Positions 42,658 to 52,103 of a DNA stretch of 64,000 nucleotides are shown one piece after another. Source of the stretch: Alphaproteobacteria bacterium (GTDB lineage Bacteria; Pseudomonadota; Alphaproteobacteria; UBA828); contig CBDEUT010000009.1 of NCBI GenBank assembly GCA_965243375.1, forward strand, positions 896,401-960,400, written 5' to 3'. The notes under the pieces are model-generated. The model was not told the origin of the DNA. It ran no database searches and worked only from the letters and a program-made list of their open reading frames with translations. Position 1 is the stretch's first letter, and every line of letters begins with the position of its first letter. The position numbers were made by a program, and so were the translations under genes.

Positions 42658-44244
42658 TTAGGCGGCCAGGGCCTGGTGCTGGGCTGTCTTCCAGTTCCAG
42701 GGCAGGAGCTGGTGCAGGTCGCTTTGCGGCAGATCGGCAATCTGTCCGAGAACATCGGCGAGCCAGGCCTGGGGATCGACATCGTTGAGCTTGGCGGTGC
42801 CGATGAGGGTGTACATCGCCGCCGCCCGCACTCCGCCGCGATCGGAGCCGCAGAACAGCCAGGATTTTCGTCCCAAAGCGATGACCCGAAGCGCCCTCTC
42901 GACAGCGTTGTTCGTGAGGCAGATCTGGCCGTCATCGAGGAAACGGGTGAAGCCGTCCCAGCGTCTGAGCATGTAATCCATCGCCTTGGCGACAGAGGCG
43001 TGGCGCGACAGCCTGGCACGCTCCGTGCGCATCCAGTCCTCGAGATCGGCGACGAGCGGCGCGCTCGCCTCCCGGCGCACGGCAAGGCGCTGATCGGCAC
43101 TCTTGCCGTTGATCTCGCGTTCGATGTCGAACAGCGCGTCGGTCCGCTTCACCGCCTCCATCGCCAGCGGCGAGATCGGCGGCGCCTGCTCGCCGCGCCT
43201 CTTGCTCGCCGCGATATCGGCAAGCTCGTAGAACTTCCTCCGACTGTGAGCCCAGCACAGGGCCTCGATCACGGCTCCCGGCGAGCGGCCCGGCACATAG
43301 AGCCGGTTGAAGCCAGCATAGGCATCGGCTTGAAGCACCCCGGCAAAGGTCTTCAGGTGCTCGACCGGGTGATTGCCCGAACGGTCGCGGGAGTATCGGA
43401 ACAGCACGGCCGGCGGATCCGGACCGCCGAACGGCCTGTCGTCACGCACATAGGCCCAAGCCCGCCCGGTGACGGTCTTGCCCTTGGCCAGCACCGGGAC
43501 GGGAGTGTCGTCGCCGTGCAAGCGCCGGGCCGCAAGCACGTGATCGGCGATCAGGTCATGCAGCGGTTTCAGCGCCACGGCGCAGGCCCCGACCTGATCG
43601 GCCAGCGTCGACAGGCTCAGGTCGACCCCCTCGCGCGCGTAGCGCTCGCGCTGCCGGTTCAACGGCTGGTGCTGGCCATATTTCTCGAACACGATCGTCG
43701 CCAGAAGGTTCGGACCCGCCCAACCTCGCGGCACCGCGTGGAACGGCGCCGGCGGCTGCGAGACCTTCTCGCAATCGCGGCAGGTGAACTTCTCGCGGAT
43801 CGTCTGGATCACCTTCCACCGGCGCGGGATCACCTCAAGCGTCTCGGTCACGTCCTCGCCGATCTTCGACAGCCGCTCCGACCCGCAGCACGCGCACGAT
43901 GTCGGTGCAGGAACCACCACCCGCTCGCGCGGCAGATGCTCGGGGAAGGGCTTGCGCGACGGCTTGCGGCGCGTGAACCCCTTGACCTGGGTGGTCTCGG
44001 CCGCGGCTTGCTCGGCCGCGAGATCGTCCTCCGTCGCGTCCGCCGTCAGCTCGTCGAGCGCAAGCTCCAGTTGGTTGAGGAGACGCACCGTGCGCTCCGA
44101 GCGCTGCCCGTAGAGCGCACGGCGCAGCTTCTCGACCATCAGCTTCAGCGAGGTGATCTGCTCCTCGGCCGCCGTTGCCCGAGCCTCCGAGGCCGCAAGC
44201 GCCGCCTCGAGAGTTTCAACGTCGCGTCGGGCCGTGACCGTCAT
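42658..44244 (-). CDS. tnpC: IS66-family transposase TnpC (copy 2)
   Basis: 528 aa; leucine zipper, CACCGSERLSKIGEDVTETLEVIPRRWKVIQTIREKFTCRDCE zinc finger, DDTPVPVL core. Confidence 0.9.
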   Translation of the reverse strand: MTVTARRDVETLEAALAASEARATAAEEQITSLKLMVEKLRRALYGQRSERTVRLLNQLELALDELTADATEDDLAAEQAAAETTQVKGFTRRKPSRKPFPEHLPRERVVVPAPTSCACCGSERLSKIGEDVTETLEVIPRRWKVIQTIREKFTCRDCEKVSQPPAPFHAVPRGWAGPNLLATIVFEKYGQHQPLNRQRERYAREGVDLSLSTLADQVGACAVALKPLHDLIADHVLAARRLHGDDTPVPVLAKGKTVTGRAWAYVRDDRPFGGPDPPAVLFRYSRDRSGNHPVEHLKTFAGVLQADAYAGFNRLYVPGRSPGAVIEALCWAHSRRKFYELADIAASKRRGEQAPPISPLAMEAVKRTDALFDIEREINGKSADQRLAVRREASAPLVADLEDWMRTERARLSRHASVAKAMDYMLRRWDGFTRFLDDGQICLTNNAVERALRVIALGRKSWLFCGSDRGGVRAAAMYTLIGTAKLNDVDPQAWLADVLGQIADLPQSDLHQLLPWNWKTAQHQALAA

Positions 44245-44311
44245 GGCCGGGAATGAATCAGATTCGCAGCCTCACGGCAATTGCCAATCGCGCAGGGTGA
44301 TTCGCCCGGCC

Positions 44312-44659
44312 TCAGCCCACCCGCGACGGGCGCCAAGTGCGAACCGGGTTGCGCCACTCGATCCCCTCAAGCAGGTAGGCGAGCTGCGCCGAGCTGATCG
44401 ACAGTGCGCCGCCCGATGCCGACGGCCAAGTGAACCGGCCCCGCTCCAGGCGCTTGGCGTAGAGCGAGAACCCGAGACCGTCATGCCACAAAATTTTGAC
44501 GAGATCGCCGCGGCGTCCGCGGAACACGTAGAGATCCCCCGCGTGGGGATCGCGGCCGAGACCCTCCTGAACCTGAAGCGCCAGCGTGTTCATGCCACGG
44601 CGCATGTCCGTCACCCCGGTCGCCAACCACACCCGCACGCTGCCCGGGACCGGGATCAT
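44312..44659 (-). CDS. tnpB: IS66 TnpB (copy 2)
   Basis: 115 aa, MIPVPGSVRVWLATGVTDMRRGMNTLALQVQ...LYVFRGRRGDLVKILWHDGLG. Confidence 0.9.
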   Translation of the reverse strand: MIPVPGSVRVWLATGVTDMRRGMNTLALQVQEGLGRDPHAGDLYVFRGRRGDLVKILWHDGLGFSLYAKRLERGRFTWPSASGGALSISSAQLAYLLEGIEWRNPVRTWRPSRVG

Positions 44660-45060
44660 CGGCGCTCCACGACCGCAAGCACCCGCGCCAGCGCAGGGGC
44701 ATCCACCGTTCCGTCAACCGTCACCCGCACGCCACCGGAAAGCGCGATCTCGATCCGCCCGGCCGCCGGCGCTGCGCCGAAGTAGCCGTCCTCCGGCGGT
44801 GCATCGCCCGACGGCGTGACAATCACCGGCACGAACCCGCCGCCCCCGGCCTCGCCATCCTCCTCGCGAAACCGACGTCGCCAATCGAACACCAGATTGG
44901 CGCGCACGTCGTTGCGCTTCGCCACCGCCGTCACCGTGGCGCCGGGCGCGTAGCTCTCCGCAACGATCCGCCGCTTGTCGGCGTCGCTCCACTTCCGGGC
45001 CCGGCGGCGTTTCCCGGCCTCGGCCTCGGCACCCAAATTCGCCTGCTGTTCATTCGACAT
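44656..45060 (-). CDS. tnpA: IS66 TnpA (copy 2)
   Basis: 134 aa, ...WSDADKRRIVAESYAPGATVTAVAKRNDVRANLVFDWRRRF. Confidence 0.85.
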   Translation of the reverse strand: MSNEQQANLGAEAEAGKRRRARKWSDADKRRIVAESYAPGATVTAVAKRNDVRANLVFDWRRRFREEDGEAGGGGFVPVIVTPSGDAPPEDGYFGAAPAAGRIEIALSGGVRVTVDGTVDAPALARVLAVVERR

Positions 45061-45170
45061 CCGCGATCGCCTCCGTCTGCTCCACGGTGGGCACCACGGT
45101 GCCCACCACCGATCGCGAACACTCGCCGATTTTCAGCTTATCGCACAGACGGTCCCCGCCGGATGCTTAC

Positions 45171-45881
45171 AGTGCATCCAGCCGCCGACGAAATATTCCT
45201 TCTCCGCCTCGGCCGGCCCCCAGATCGCCGCCGCGATCTCCCGGTACGTCCGGCCCTCCGCGCTGCCTTCCAGGGCGGCCAGCAGCTCGCGATCCCCAGC
45301 CCCCGAACCCGCCCCGGCGGAGGGGCCGGCACCCCCGACCAGAGGTCCTCGATCCGCAGCACCGTGCGCACCAGCTCCAGCCCGGCATCGTCCGGGAACG
45401 CCGCGCCGCCGGGAAGGCGGACCTGGACCGCCGCGCCGGGCCGCTCGGCCTTCAGCACCAGCGCGCCGTCCGCCAGCCGCAGGCCCGCGAGCACGGACCC
45501 GCCAGCCGCCGCAAGCGCGGCCAGCGCCGCCGCATCCCGCACCGCCCTGCCGTCCGCCATCGGGCCCCGCGCCCAGAAGGGCGAGACGGGGCCGTCCTCG
45601 TCGTAGGGGTCTTCCCAAGCAAGCAGACCCCAGCCGAGCGCGGCCAGGTCCGCCGCCGTCTGGAGCCTGACCGGAAAGGGCGCCGCCTCCGGCAGGCCGG
45701 GAGACGGCGCGCGGCGCAGCCAGGCCCTGCGGTAGCCTGCGCTCGCCCGGACGAAGCTCCAGGCGCGGACCGGGTCCCACTCGACCGGCTGCGCGCGGCG
45801 CCGTCCGCGGCGGCCCCGGCCGGACCCGGCCGGCGGGTCCCCTTCCGGGTCCTCCAGGATCATGGACTTCGCTCCCCGCAC
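45171..45881 (-). pseudogene. DUF2285-like ICE regulator gene (HTH C-terminus) with an internal frameshift, 3' end severed by IS66 copy 2
   Basis: N-terminal part in one frame (...AADLAALGWGLLAWEDPYDEDGPVSPFWARGP...), then Gly-rich linker + HTH (GDRELLAALEGSAEGRTYREIAAAIWG) in the -1 frame from about 45300; the IS is inserted after ...EYFVGGWMH; the original last 36 codons lie at 42373-42495. Confidence 0.55.
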
Positions 45882-45918
45882 CCGGACCGCGCCGCCCTTC
45901 CGCGCGTTCGCCCGACGC

Positions 45919-48900
45919 TCACCACCGGATCAGGCTGCGCAGCATCACCCCGTGCTCGGGCGGCGCATTGCCGTTGGCCGCTTCGCGGCGGGTGGCGTCG
46001 AGGTTGACCTCGAACCCCGGGTCGCCCCGCACCGCCGAGGTCAGCCGCCAGCCCATGCGGTACTCGCGCGAGGTGTCCGACATCCCGAACCCGACATTGG
46101 GCGTCCCGGTGAAGCGGTCGCCGAACAGCGCCATGCCGTAGCCCGCTTCGGCCGTTAGGCCCCGCGCCGCCTCGAACGTCCCGCCGGCCGCCCCGCCCGG
46201 CGCGAGCGCCCGCGCGTCGCGCGCACCCCACAGCCGCTCCGACGCGCTCGACGCCGCCCCGATGGTCGGTGCAAGGCTGAACGAGAGGCCCCGCCCGCGC
46301 TCGCCGGGGTCGAGCCGCGCCGTCGCGCTCATCCCCCACTCGCGGTAGTCCGAGTCCGCGTGCGCGACCAGCATTCGCCCCTTCGCCTCAATGGAGAGCC
46401 CCGAGGCCGCGTCGCTCCAGGCCACGCCGCCGCCGAGCTCGACGCCCGTGCCGGTCTCGGCGTCGCCGCCGTCGTGGCGCACCCCCAGCTCCAGAGAGGG
46501 ACGCAGCGTCGCGGTGTCGGAGAGTGCGAAGGAGCGCCCACCCTCCAGCACCAGCCGCAGCCGGCTCGCGTCCGCTGTCGTCACCGCAGAGTTGGCTGCC
46601 TTCTCCGACTCCGTCTGCACGAAGAACGCGTCCGCCTTGAGTGCGAGGTCCATGCCGCCCGCCTCGTCCTGCGTCAGCAGCGCGCCCCGCGCCCCCAGAG
46701 CGCCCATCTGCATGCTCAAATCGGTCCGTATCGGGGCCATGCCGCCGTCGTCGAACCGAATGGTCATGTCGCCCGTGCCGAAGCCCGCTAAGCCCCAGGC
46801 CGAAACCCGCTCGCTGACCTTGACCTGCGCATACGGGCTCACGGTGGTGAGCGTGCTTTCGATCTTTCCGGACTGGCCCCGGTCCACCCCGGGACTGTCG
46901 AACCTGCCCTCGCCCTCGCTCAAGCTGACCGCCACACCCGCGAGCAGGCGGCCGAAGTCCGCGTCCGCCCCGAGCACCCCGGTCACGACCTCGCCGTCCA
47001 CGCTTGTCCGGCCGGTATCGTCCGCGTGCTCGCCGTCGAAGCTGCCATGCGCCACCCGGCCCCATGCGGCGAGCCCGGGACCCGAGCCCTCGCGCGCCGG
47101 GGCCACGTGGAACGCGCTGCCCAGCAGCAGATCGCGACCCGTCATCGAGTGCGCGGCAGCGGTCGTTGAAGGCTCATTCCAGATATCGGACGGGCCGTGG
47201 CGCGCGAACGGGTCGTCGTCGTTCGCAGCTGGCGCGCCCGGCGCGCCGAACGCGTGTGCAAGCCCCGCCAGCGCGTCCGCCAGCGCCTGGCCGTCGTCGG
47301 TCCGCGACAGGTCGAGGGGCTGGCCCGCGAGCGTTGCATGCGCCCCCGGCGCGAGACCGGCGCCGAGCCGGCCGGAGATCGCGTCCGTCACCTGGCTCCC
47401 CACCGTGCGCCCGAAGCGCGAGAGCCACATCGCTTGCAGATGGTCGTCGTTGCGGATGAGACCCTGCGTCTCGCGGTGCCTGGCCTCCAGGCGCCCGCCC
47501 TGCGGGTTCGAGAACCGCAGCAGGAAGTACTCCGTCCCCTCGTCGACGGCATCGTCGAGAATGGGAACCGACACGAACTTGAACCGCTCGCCCGCCGCGA
47601 AGGTCAGCCGGCCCGAGACCGCGGTGTAGTCCGCGCCCGCCTGCGCTGGCGGCGTCCCCGCCCACGCGCGCGCGCCGTCCGCCGTCGCATAGTCCACCGT
47701 CACCGTCTCCCGGGCCGCGCGACTGAGGCGAACCGTGAACACGACCGCATCGTCGCTTCCCTCCCTGGCGACGCTCCGCTTCGTCACGATCCCCGGGCCG
47801 GGCTCGTCGTTGTCGGCGACCGCCACCGTGGCCGTGCCCTGCGAAGACGACACCGTGTAGCCTGTGCCGGCAGCGAGCGCCGCCGTCACCGACCCGTCCG
47901 GCTCGTCCGCGCTATCATCCGCTGTCGCCACCGTGAAAGTCGCAGTTCCGCCGGTCGGAACCGTCACCGTCCGCGAGCCGGTCGCACCCGAGGCGGCGTA
48001 GTCGCCGCTCTGGCTCACCGTCACAGCGACCGTGAGCGCCGCCGCAGGCGCCGGGTTGGCCGTGAGAGTGAACGTGGCGCCGCTGCCCTCGGTCACCCCC
48101 GCGCCAGCGGAAATCGAGACCTCTGGGATTGCCGGGGCCGGATCGTCGTTATCGGAAACCGCCACCGTGGCCGTGCCCTGCGAAGACGAGACCGTGTAGC
48201 CGGTGCCAGCGGCGAGTGCCGCCGTCAACGAGCCGTCCGCCTCGTCCGTACTGTCATCCACCGTCGCCACCGTGAAGCTCTCCGTGCCGCCGGTCGGAAC
48301 CGTCACCGTCCGCGAGCCGGTCGCGCCGGAGGCCGCGTAGTCGCCGCTCTGGCTCACCGTCACAGCGACCGTGAGCGCCGCCGCAGGCGCCGGGTTGGCC
48401 GTAAGGGTGAACGTGGCGCTGCCGCCCTCGGTCACGCCCGCGCCGGCCGCGATGACGAGCTCCGGGGTCGTGCTCCCGCCGCCGTTCTCGATCTCCCGCA
48501 GCGCCGCCGCGACCTCCACCCAAGGCGTCCAGCCCCGGTCGGCGAACGCCTGGGCTTCGGCCGCCGTCATCGGCGTCAGCGACGGATCGGCCACCGTCTC
48601 CCCGAACGCGAGCAGCGCCCGGTCCCAGCGGTCCGTGTGCGCCTTGTTGGAACTCCACTGCGGGTTGTCGTTGCGCCACCCGTACATCTTCGCGATCAGC
48701 GCCGCATACGGAGTGGCTTGCGGCGCCTCGTCATTGTCGGTCACCGCCACCGTGGCCGCGCCCTGCGAGGACGAGACCGTGTAGCCGGCGCCCGCGGCGA
48801 GCGTTGCCGTCACCGAGCCGTCCGCCTCGTCCGCGGCGTCATCGACCGTCGCCACCGTGAAGGTCGCCGTCCCGCCGGTCGGGACCGTCACCGTCCGTGA

Positions 48901-51717
48901 GCCGGTCGCGCCCGGAGCGGCGTAGTCGCCGCTCTGGCTTACCGTCACCGCGACCGTGAGCGCCGCCGCGGGCGCCGGGTCGGCGGTGAGGGTGAACGTC
49001 GCACTGGCGCCCTCGGTCACGCCAGCGCCGGCGGCGATGACGAGCTCCGGTGTCGTGGTCCCACCGCCGTTCTCAATCTCCCGCAGCGCCGCCGCGACCT
49101 CCACCCAGGGCGTCCAGCCCCGGTCGGCGAACGCCTGGGCTTCGGCCGCCGTCATCGGCGTCAGCGAGTCGTCGGCCACCGACTCCCCGAATGCGAGCAG
49201 CGCCCGGTCCCAGCGGTCCGTGTGCTCCTTGTTCGAACTCCACACCGGGTTGTCGTTGCGCCACCCGTACATCTTCGCAATCAGCGCCGTGTACGGAGTG
49301 GCCAACGGTGCGTCGTCGTCGTCCGCCACCGCCACCGTGGCCGTGCCCTGCGAGGACGAGACCGTGTAGCCGGTGCCGCCGGCGAGCGTCGCCGTCACCG
49401 AGCCGTCCGCCTCGTCCGCACCGTCGTCCACCGTCGCCACCGTGAAGGTCGCCGTGCCGCCGGTCGGCACCGTCACCGTCCGCGAGCCGGTCGCGCCCGG
49501 GGCGGCGTAGTCGCCGCTCTGGCTCACCGTCACATCGACCGTGAGCGCCGCCAAAGGCGCCGGACTCGCCGTGAGGGTGAACGTGGCGCTACCGCCTTCG
49601 GTCACCCCCGCGCCAGCGGAAATCGAAACCTCCGGCGTGGCCGGCGTCTCGTGGTTCTGGATGGTCACCGTGTGTTCGCTGTTAGCGCCCACCGTGTAGC
49701 CGGGCGTGTAGCCAGTGCCTGCGGTGAGTATCAGGACGATGGTCTCACCGCTGTCGTCCACGTCGTCGTCGATGATCGTCACCGGGATGGTCGCGGTCGT
49801 CGCACCCGACGGCACCGATACCGAGCCGGACGTGAGACGATAGTCAAGACGGAAGGTCGCCGTGCCGCTCCCCAACGTGTAGTTCACGTTAATTGGATAA
49901 GTTGTGGCCGACGACAGGTTTATCGTCACGTTATGCGTGCCCGAATCCTCCTGCGCGCTCGATGCCTGCGACGCGAACGACGCCACAGGTGGATCGTCAT
50001 TGTCGAGGATACTGGCAGTTACGTGTCTGTAGTCATAAAGACTAGACCGCGCCGTGCGAAGCGCGGCATTCGTCGGATTCGACAGTCTTAGGTAGAAATA
50101 CTCCGTGCCCTCATAGTCACTGTCATCCGTCGTCGACACGCTTACGGTCTTTTCGGTTTGCTGCGGCGCGAACGTCAGAGTTCCCGATGTCGCAACGTAG
50201 TCGACGCCGCTTGTCGCCGGGCCGCCTCCAGCTTGGTATTGGACCGTCACCGTTTGATCGCTTGGGGCTGACAGGCCCACGGTAATCGTGACGGGGTTGC
50301 CTTCAACGGCGTCCGTCGATGCCTTCACCGCCACGTACGGCGAGCCGTCGACATCGGTGTCGGCGTCAGTGATTATGCCGGTCGCCGTCGCGTCGACCAG
50401 CGTCGCGTGTAACGGGTTCGACAACGTCACCGTGAACGTTTTGTTTCCCTCATCCGAACGGTCGCGCTGCGTCGTCGGCACGTACAAATACTCAAGCGTT
50501 TCACCCGGCGGAAACACCAGCAAACCCGACGAAGGCGTAAAGTCCGCCCCACTCTGCGCGGTCCCGCTCGATGTCCTGTATTGAACCGAAACCTGCCGGT
50601 CACTGGGCTTCGACAGCGACACATGAAACCTCATCCGATCACCCGCGGCGACATTCGAACCAATATTCGAACCCGGCCCCAGCAAGAATCCGACTGTCGG
50701 CAAGTCATTCGGCGGAGGCGGTTGAACTGTCCCGTCGTCGTCAATGATGGTTCCCGTCGCCGTTGCGTCGCCCAGCGTCGCGTTTATCGGGTTCGACAAC
50801 CTCACGGTAAACGTCTCATCCTCCTCGTCGATGTCGTCATCCGCTGTGACTACGCGCAATTTGAACGAGGCGGGCGTCGACCCCGAGCCGCCGCCGAACC
50901 AGACCCGCACCGCCTCCGGTATCTTGAAGTCGAAGAGCGGCGTTGCCGTGTCACCGGGTCCCACCTCCAGTCTGAAATCCACCCAAACCGGCCGGCTGGT
51001 GGGCACAGACAGGGAAATCTTGAATTCGACCTTACCTCCCTCGGTCGCACTCCCATCGGATATGCTCACCGTCGGCGGAGGGTCGTCGTCGACGATTGTG
51101 CCCGTTGCCCTCTTATAGCCCCGCGACGAATTCAACCACGCATTCGTCGGGTTCGACAGGCGCAAATGGAATATCTCGTTGAATTCGTACGCCGAGTCAC
51201 TCGTCGTCGATACACGCACCGTCTTCCTGGTCTCTCCTGGGGCGAACCTCAGCGTACCGGACGCTGCGGTGAAGTCGCTCCCGCTCTGCGCGTTGTAATG
51301 ACCCCGATAGTGCGCACCACTCTCGGTTGCGTATTGAACTGTCACCGGTCGATCGGTCGATTTCGACAGCAATACCTCGAAGACAATTTCGCCACCCTCC
51401 GTCACGCTCTTATCGAACGTGCTTACGCGGGGCATTTGAGCTGCCGCGGTGTTCCCAAGCCCAACCATCGTGATGCCAACTAGGGCAATAACCCAGACGC
51501 CAATTCTCGGACTTGCGCGCCAAGTGCCGACCCGCACCAGCTCACGGATGAACGCGCCGTTCGTTCCGCCAGTGCAGCAGAGGCGCAGCAGGCGGCACAG
51601 CGCGGATTGACCGTGCTTCCGCCGCAGGTCGGACCAGCAACGAGGCTGTCGGGGAAAGAAAGATTCCGGTGGCGCAGAAGGCGACGACCGGCGGAGCGGG
51701 GGGAGTGCCCCGAGCAA
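45919..51717 (-). CDS. giant Calx-beta-repeat autotransporter (adhesin-like) with C-terminal beta-barrel
   Basis: Roughly 1,900 aa; signal-peptide-like RIGVWVIALVGITMVGLGNTAAAQ; multiple Calx-beta units (TIVDDDPPPTVSISDGSATEGG...); C-terminal approximately 300-aa domain ending ...VMLRSLIRW typical of autotransporter barrels; exact start uncertain (51717 or an internal GTG/ATG). Confidence 0.75.
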   Translation of the reverse strand: MLGALPPLRRSSPSAPPESFFPRQPRCWSDLRRKHGQSALCRLLRLCCTGGTNGAFIRELVRVGTWRASPRIGVWVIALVGITMVGLGNTAAAQMPRVSTFDKSVTEGGEIVFEVLLSKSTDRPVTVQYATESGAHYRGHYNAQSGSDFTAASGTLRFAPGETRKTVRVSTTSDSAYEFNEIFHLRLSNPTNAWLNSSRGYKRATGTIVDDDPPPTVSISDGSATEGGKVEFKISLSVPTSRPVWVDFRLEVGPGDTATPLFDFKIPEAVRVWFGGGSGSTPASFKLRVVTADDDIDEEDETFTVRLSNPINATLGDATATGTIIDDDGTVQPPPPNDLPTVGFLLGPGSNIGSNVAAGDRMRFHVSLSKPSDRQVSVQYRTSSGTAQSGADFTPSSGLLVFPPGETLEYLYVPTTQRDRSDEGNKTFTVTLSNPLHATLVDATATGIITDADTDVDGSPYVAVKASTDAVEGNPVTITVGLSAPSDQTVTVQYQAGGGPATSGVDYVATSGTLTFAPQQTEKTVSVSTTDDSDYEGTEYFYLRLSNPTNAALRTARSSLYDYRHVTASILDNDDPPVASFASQASSAQEDSGTHNVTINLSSATTYPINVNYTLGSGTATFRLDYRLTSGSVSVPSGATTATIPVTIIDDDVDDSGETIVLILTAGTGYTPGYTVGANSEHTVTIQNHETPATPEVSISAGAGVTEGGSATFTLTASPAPLAALTVDVTVSQSGDYAAPGATGSRTVTVPTGGTATFTVATVDDGADEADGSVTATLAGGTGYTVSSSQGTATVAVADDDDAPLATPYTALIAKMYGWRNDNPVWSSNKEHTDRWDRALLAFGESVADDSLTPMTAAEAQAFADRGWTPWVEVAAALREIENGGGTTTPELVIAAGAGVTEGASATFTLTADPAPAAALTVAVTVSQSGDYAAPGATGSRTVTVPTGGTATFTVATVDDAADEADGSVTATLAAGAGYTVSSSQGAATVAVTDNDEAPQATPYAALIAKMYGWRNDNPQWSSNKAHTDRWDRALLAFGETVADPSLTPMTAAEAQAFADRGWTPWVEVAAALREIENGGGSTTPELVIAAGAGVTEGGSATFTLTANPAPAAALTVAVTVSQSGDYAASGATGSRTVTVPTGGTESFTVATVDDSTDEADGSLTAALAAGTGYTVSSSQGTATVAVSDNDDPAPAIPEVSISAGAGVTEGSGATFTLTANPAPAAALTVAVTVSQSGDYAASGATGSRTVTVPTGGTATFTVATADDSADEPDGSVTAALAAGTGYTVSSSQGTATVAVADNDEPGPGIVTKRSVAREGSDDAVVFTVRLSRAARETVTVDYATADGARAWAGTPPAQAGADYTAVSGRLTFAAGERFKFVSVPILDDAVDEGTEYFLLRFSNPQGGRLEARHRETQGLIRNDDHLQAMWLSRFGRTVGSQVTDAISGRLGAGLAPGAHATLAGQPLDLSRTDDGQALADALAGLAHAFGAPGAPAANDDDPFARHGPSDIWNEPSTTAAAHSMTGRDLLLGSAFHVAPAREGSGPGLAAWGRVAHGSFDGEHADDTGRTSVDGEVVTGVLGADADFGRLLAGVAVSLSEGEGRFDSPGVDRGQSGKIESTLTTVSPYAQVKVSERVSAWGLAGFGTGDMTIRFDDGGMAPIRTDLSMQMGALGARGALLTQDEAGGMDLALKADAFFVQTESEKAANSAVTTADASRLRLVLEGGRSFALSDTATLRPSLELGVRHDGGDAETGTGVELGGGVAWSDAASGLSIEAKGRMLVAHADSDYREWGMSATARLDPGERGRGLSFSLAPTIGAASSASERLWGARDARALAPGGAAGGTFEAARGLTAEAGYGMALFGDRFTGTPNVGFGMSDTSREYRMGWRLTSAVRGDPGFEVNLDATRREAANGNAPPEHGVMLRSLIRW
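47790..49640 (-). repeat. intragenic near-identical tandem repeats (585-bp unit = Calx-beta module + Trp-rich module, about 2 copies, plus flanking Calx-beta units)
   Basis: Six-frame ORFs 48371-48784 and 48956-49369 translate to near-identical peptides, giving a 585-bp period; protein shows repeated blocks ISAGAGVTEG...YTALIAKMYGWRNDNP.WSSNK.HTDRWDRALLAFGE... Confidence 0.85.
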
Positions 51718-52103
51718 CAGCGCGAGGGTGGGGAGAAGGGAGAAACTGGCGCGGCGGTGCCCTGAGCGCGGGTCAGAACCTGACGGGGAGCCTAGCCGGG
51801 AATGCCGCGCGCAATTCTGGCCGCTGGGCCGCTGGGCTTAATTGTACACACCGCGCCGCGGGCGCGTGTCAAGCCCCGATGGCATCGTCCCGGCACTCGC
51901 CAGCGCCGCCGTCTCGAAAAGCCGCCGCCGGCAAGCGTCAGGTTCGGTCTCTGGAACTGCATGCGTTTACCCACAAACCGGTGATGTTGATCCGACGGGC
52001 GGAGCAACCCAGTGCGAAAGTAACGACATGACAGTGAGATAATTGTGTATGATAACGCCCAAAATAGTGAGGATTTCGGAGATATTGCGATGCGGCAGGC
52101 CCC

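Larger units (their letters stand above)
42496..45170 (-). mobile_element. IS66-family insertion sequence copy 2 (tnpA-tnpB-tnpC on the minus strand), 2,675 bp
   Basis: 21-bp IRs GTAAGCATCCGGCGGGGACCG at 42496-42516 and their complement at 45150-45170; perfect 8-bp TSD AGTGCATC at 42488-42495 and 45171-45178; IR sequence differs from copy 1. Confidence 0.9.

Noticed and set aside
45297-45335. Programmed ribosomal frameshift in the DUF2285-like gene, by analogy to FseA
   Set aside because: The frame change needed here is -1 within poly-C/G runs, whereas FseA uses +1. Sequencing error or pseudogenisation is more parsimonious, so it is kept only as a low-priority check.
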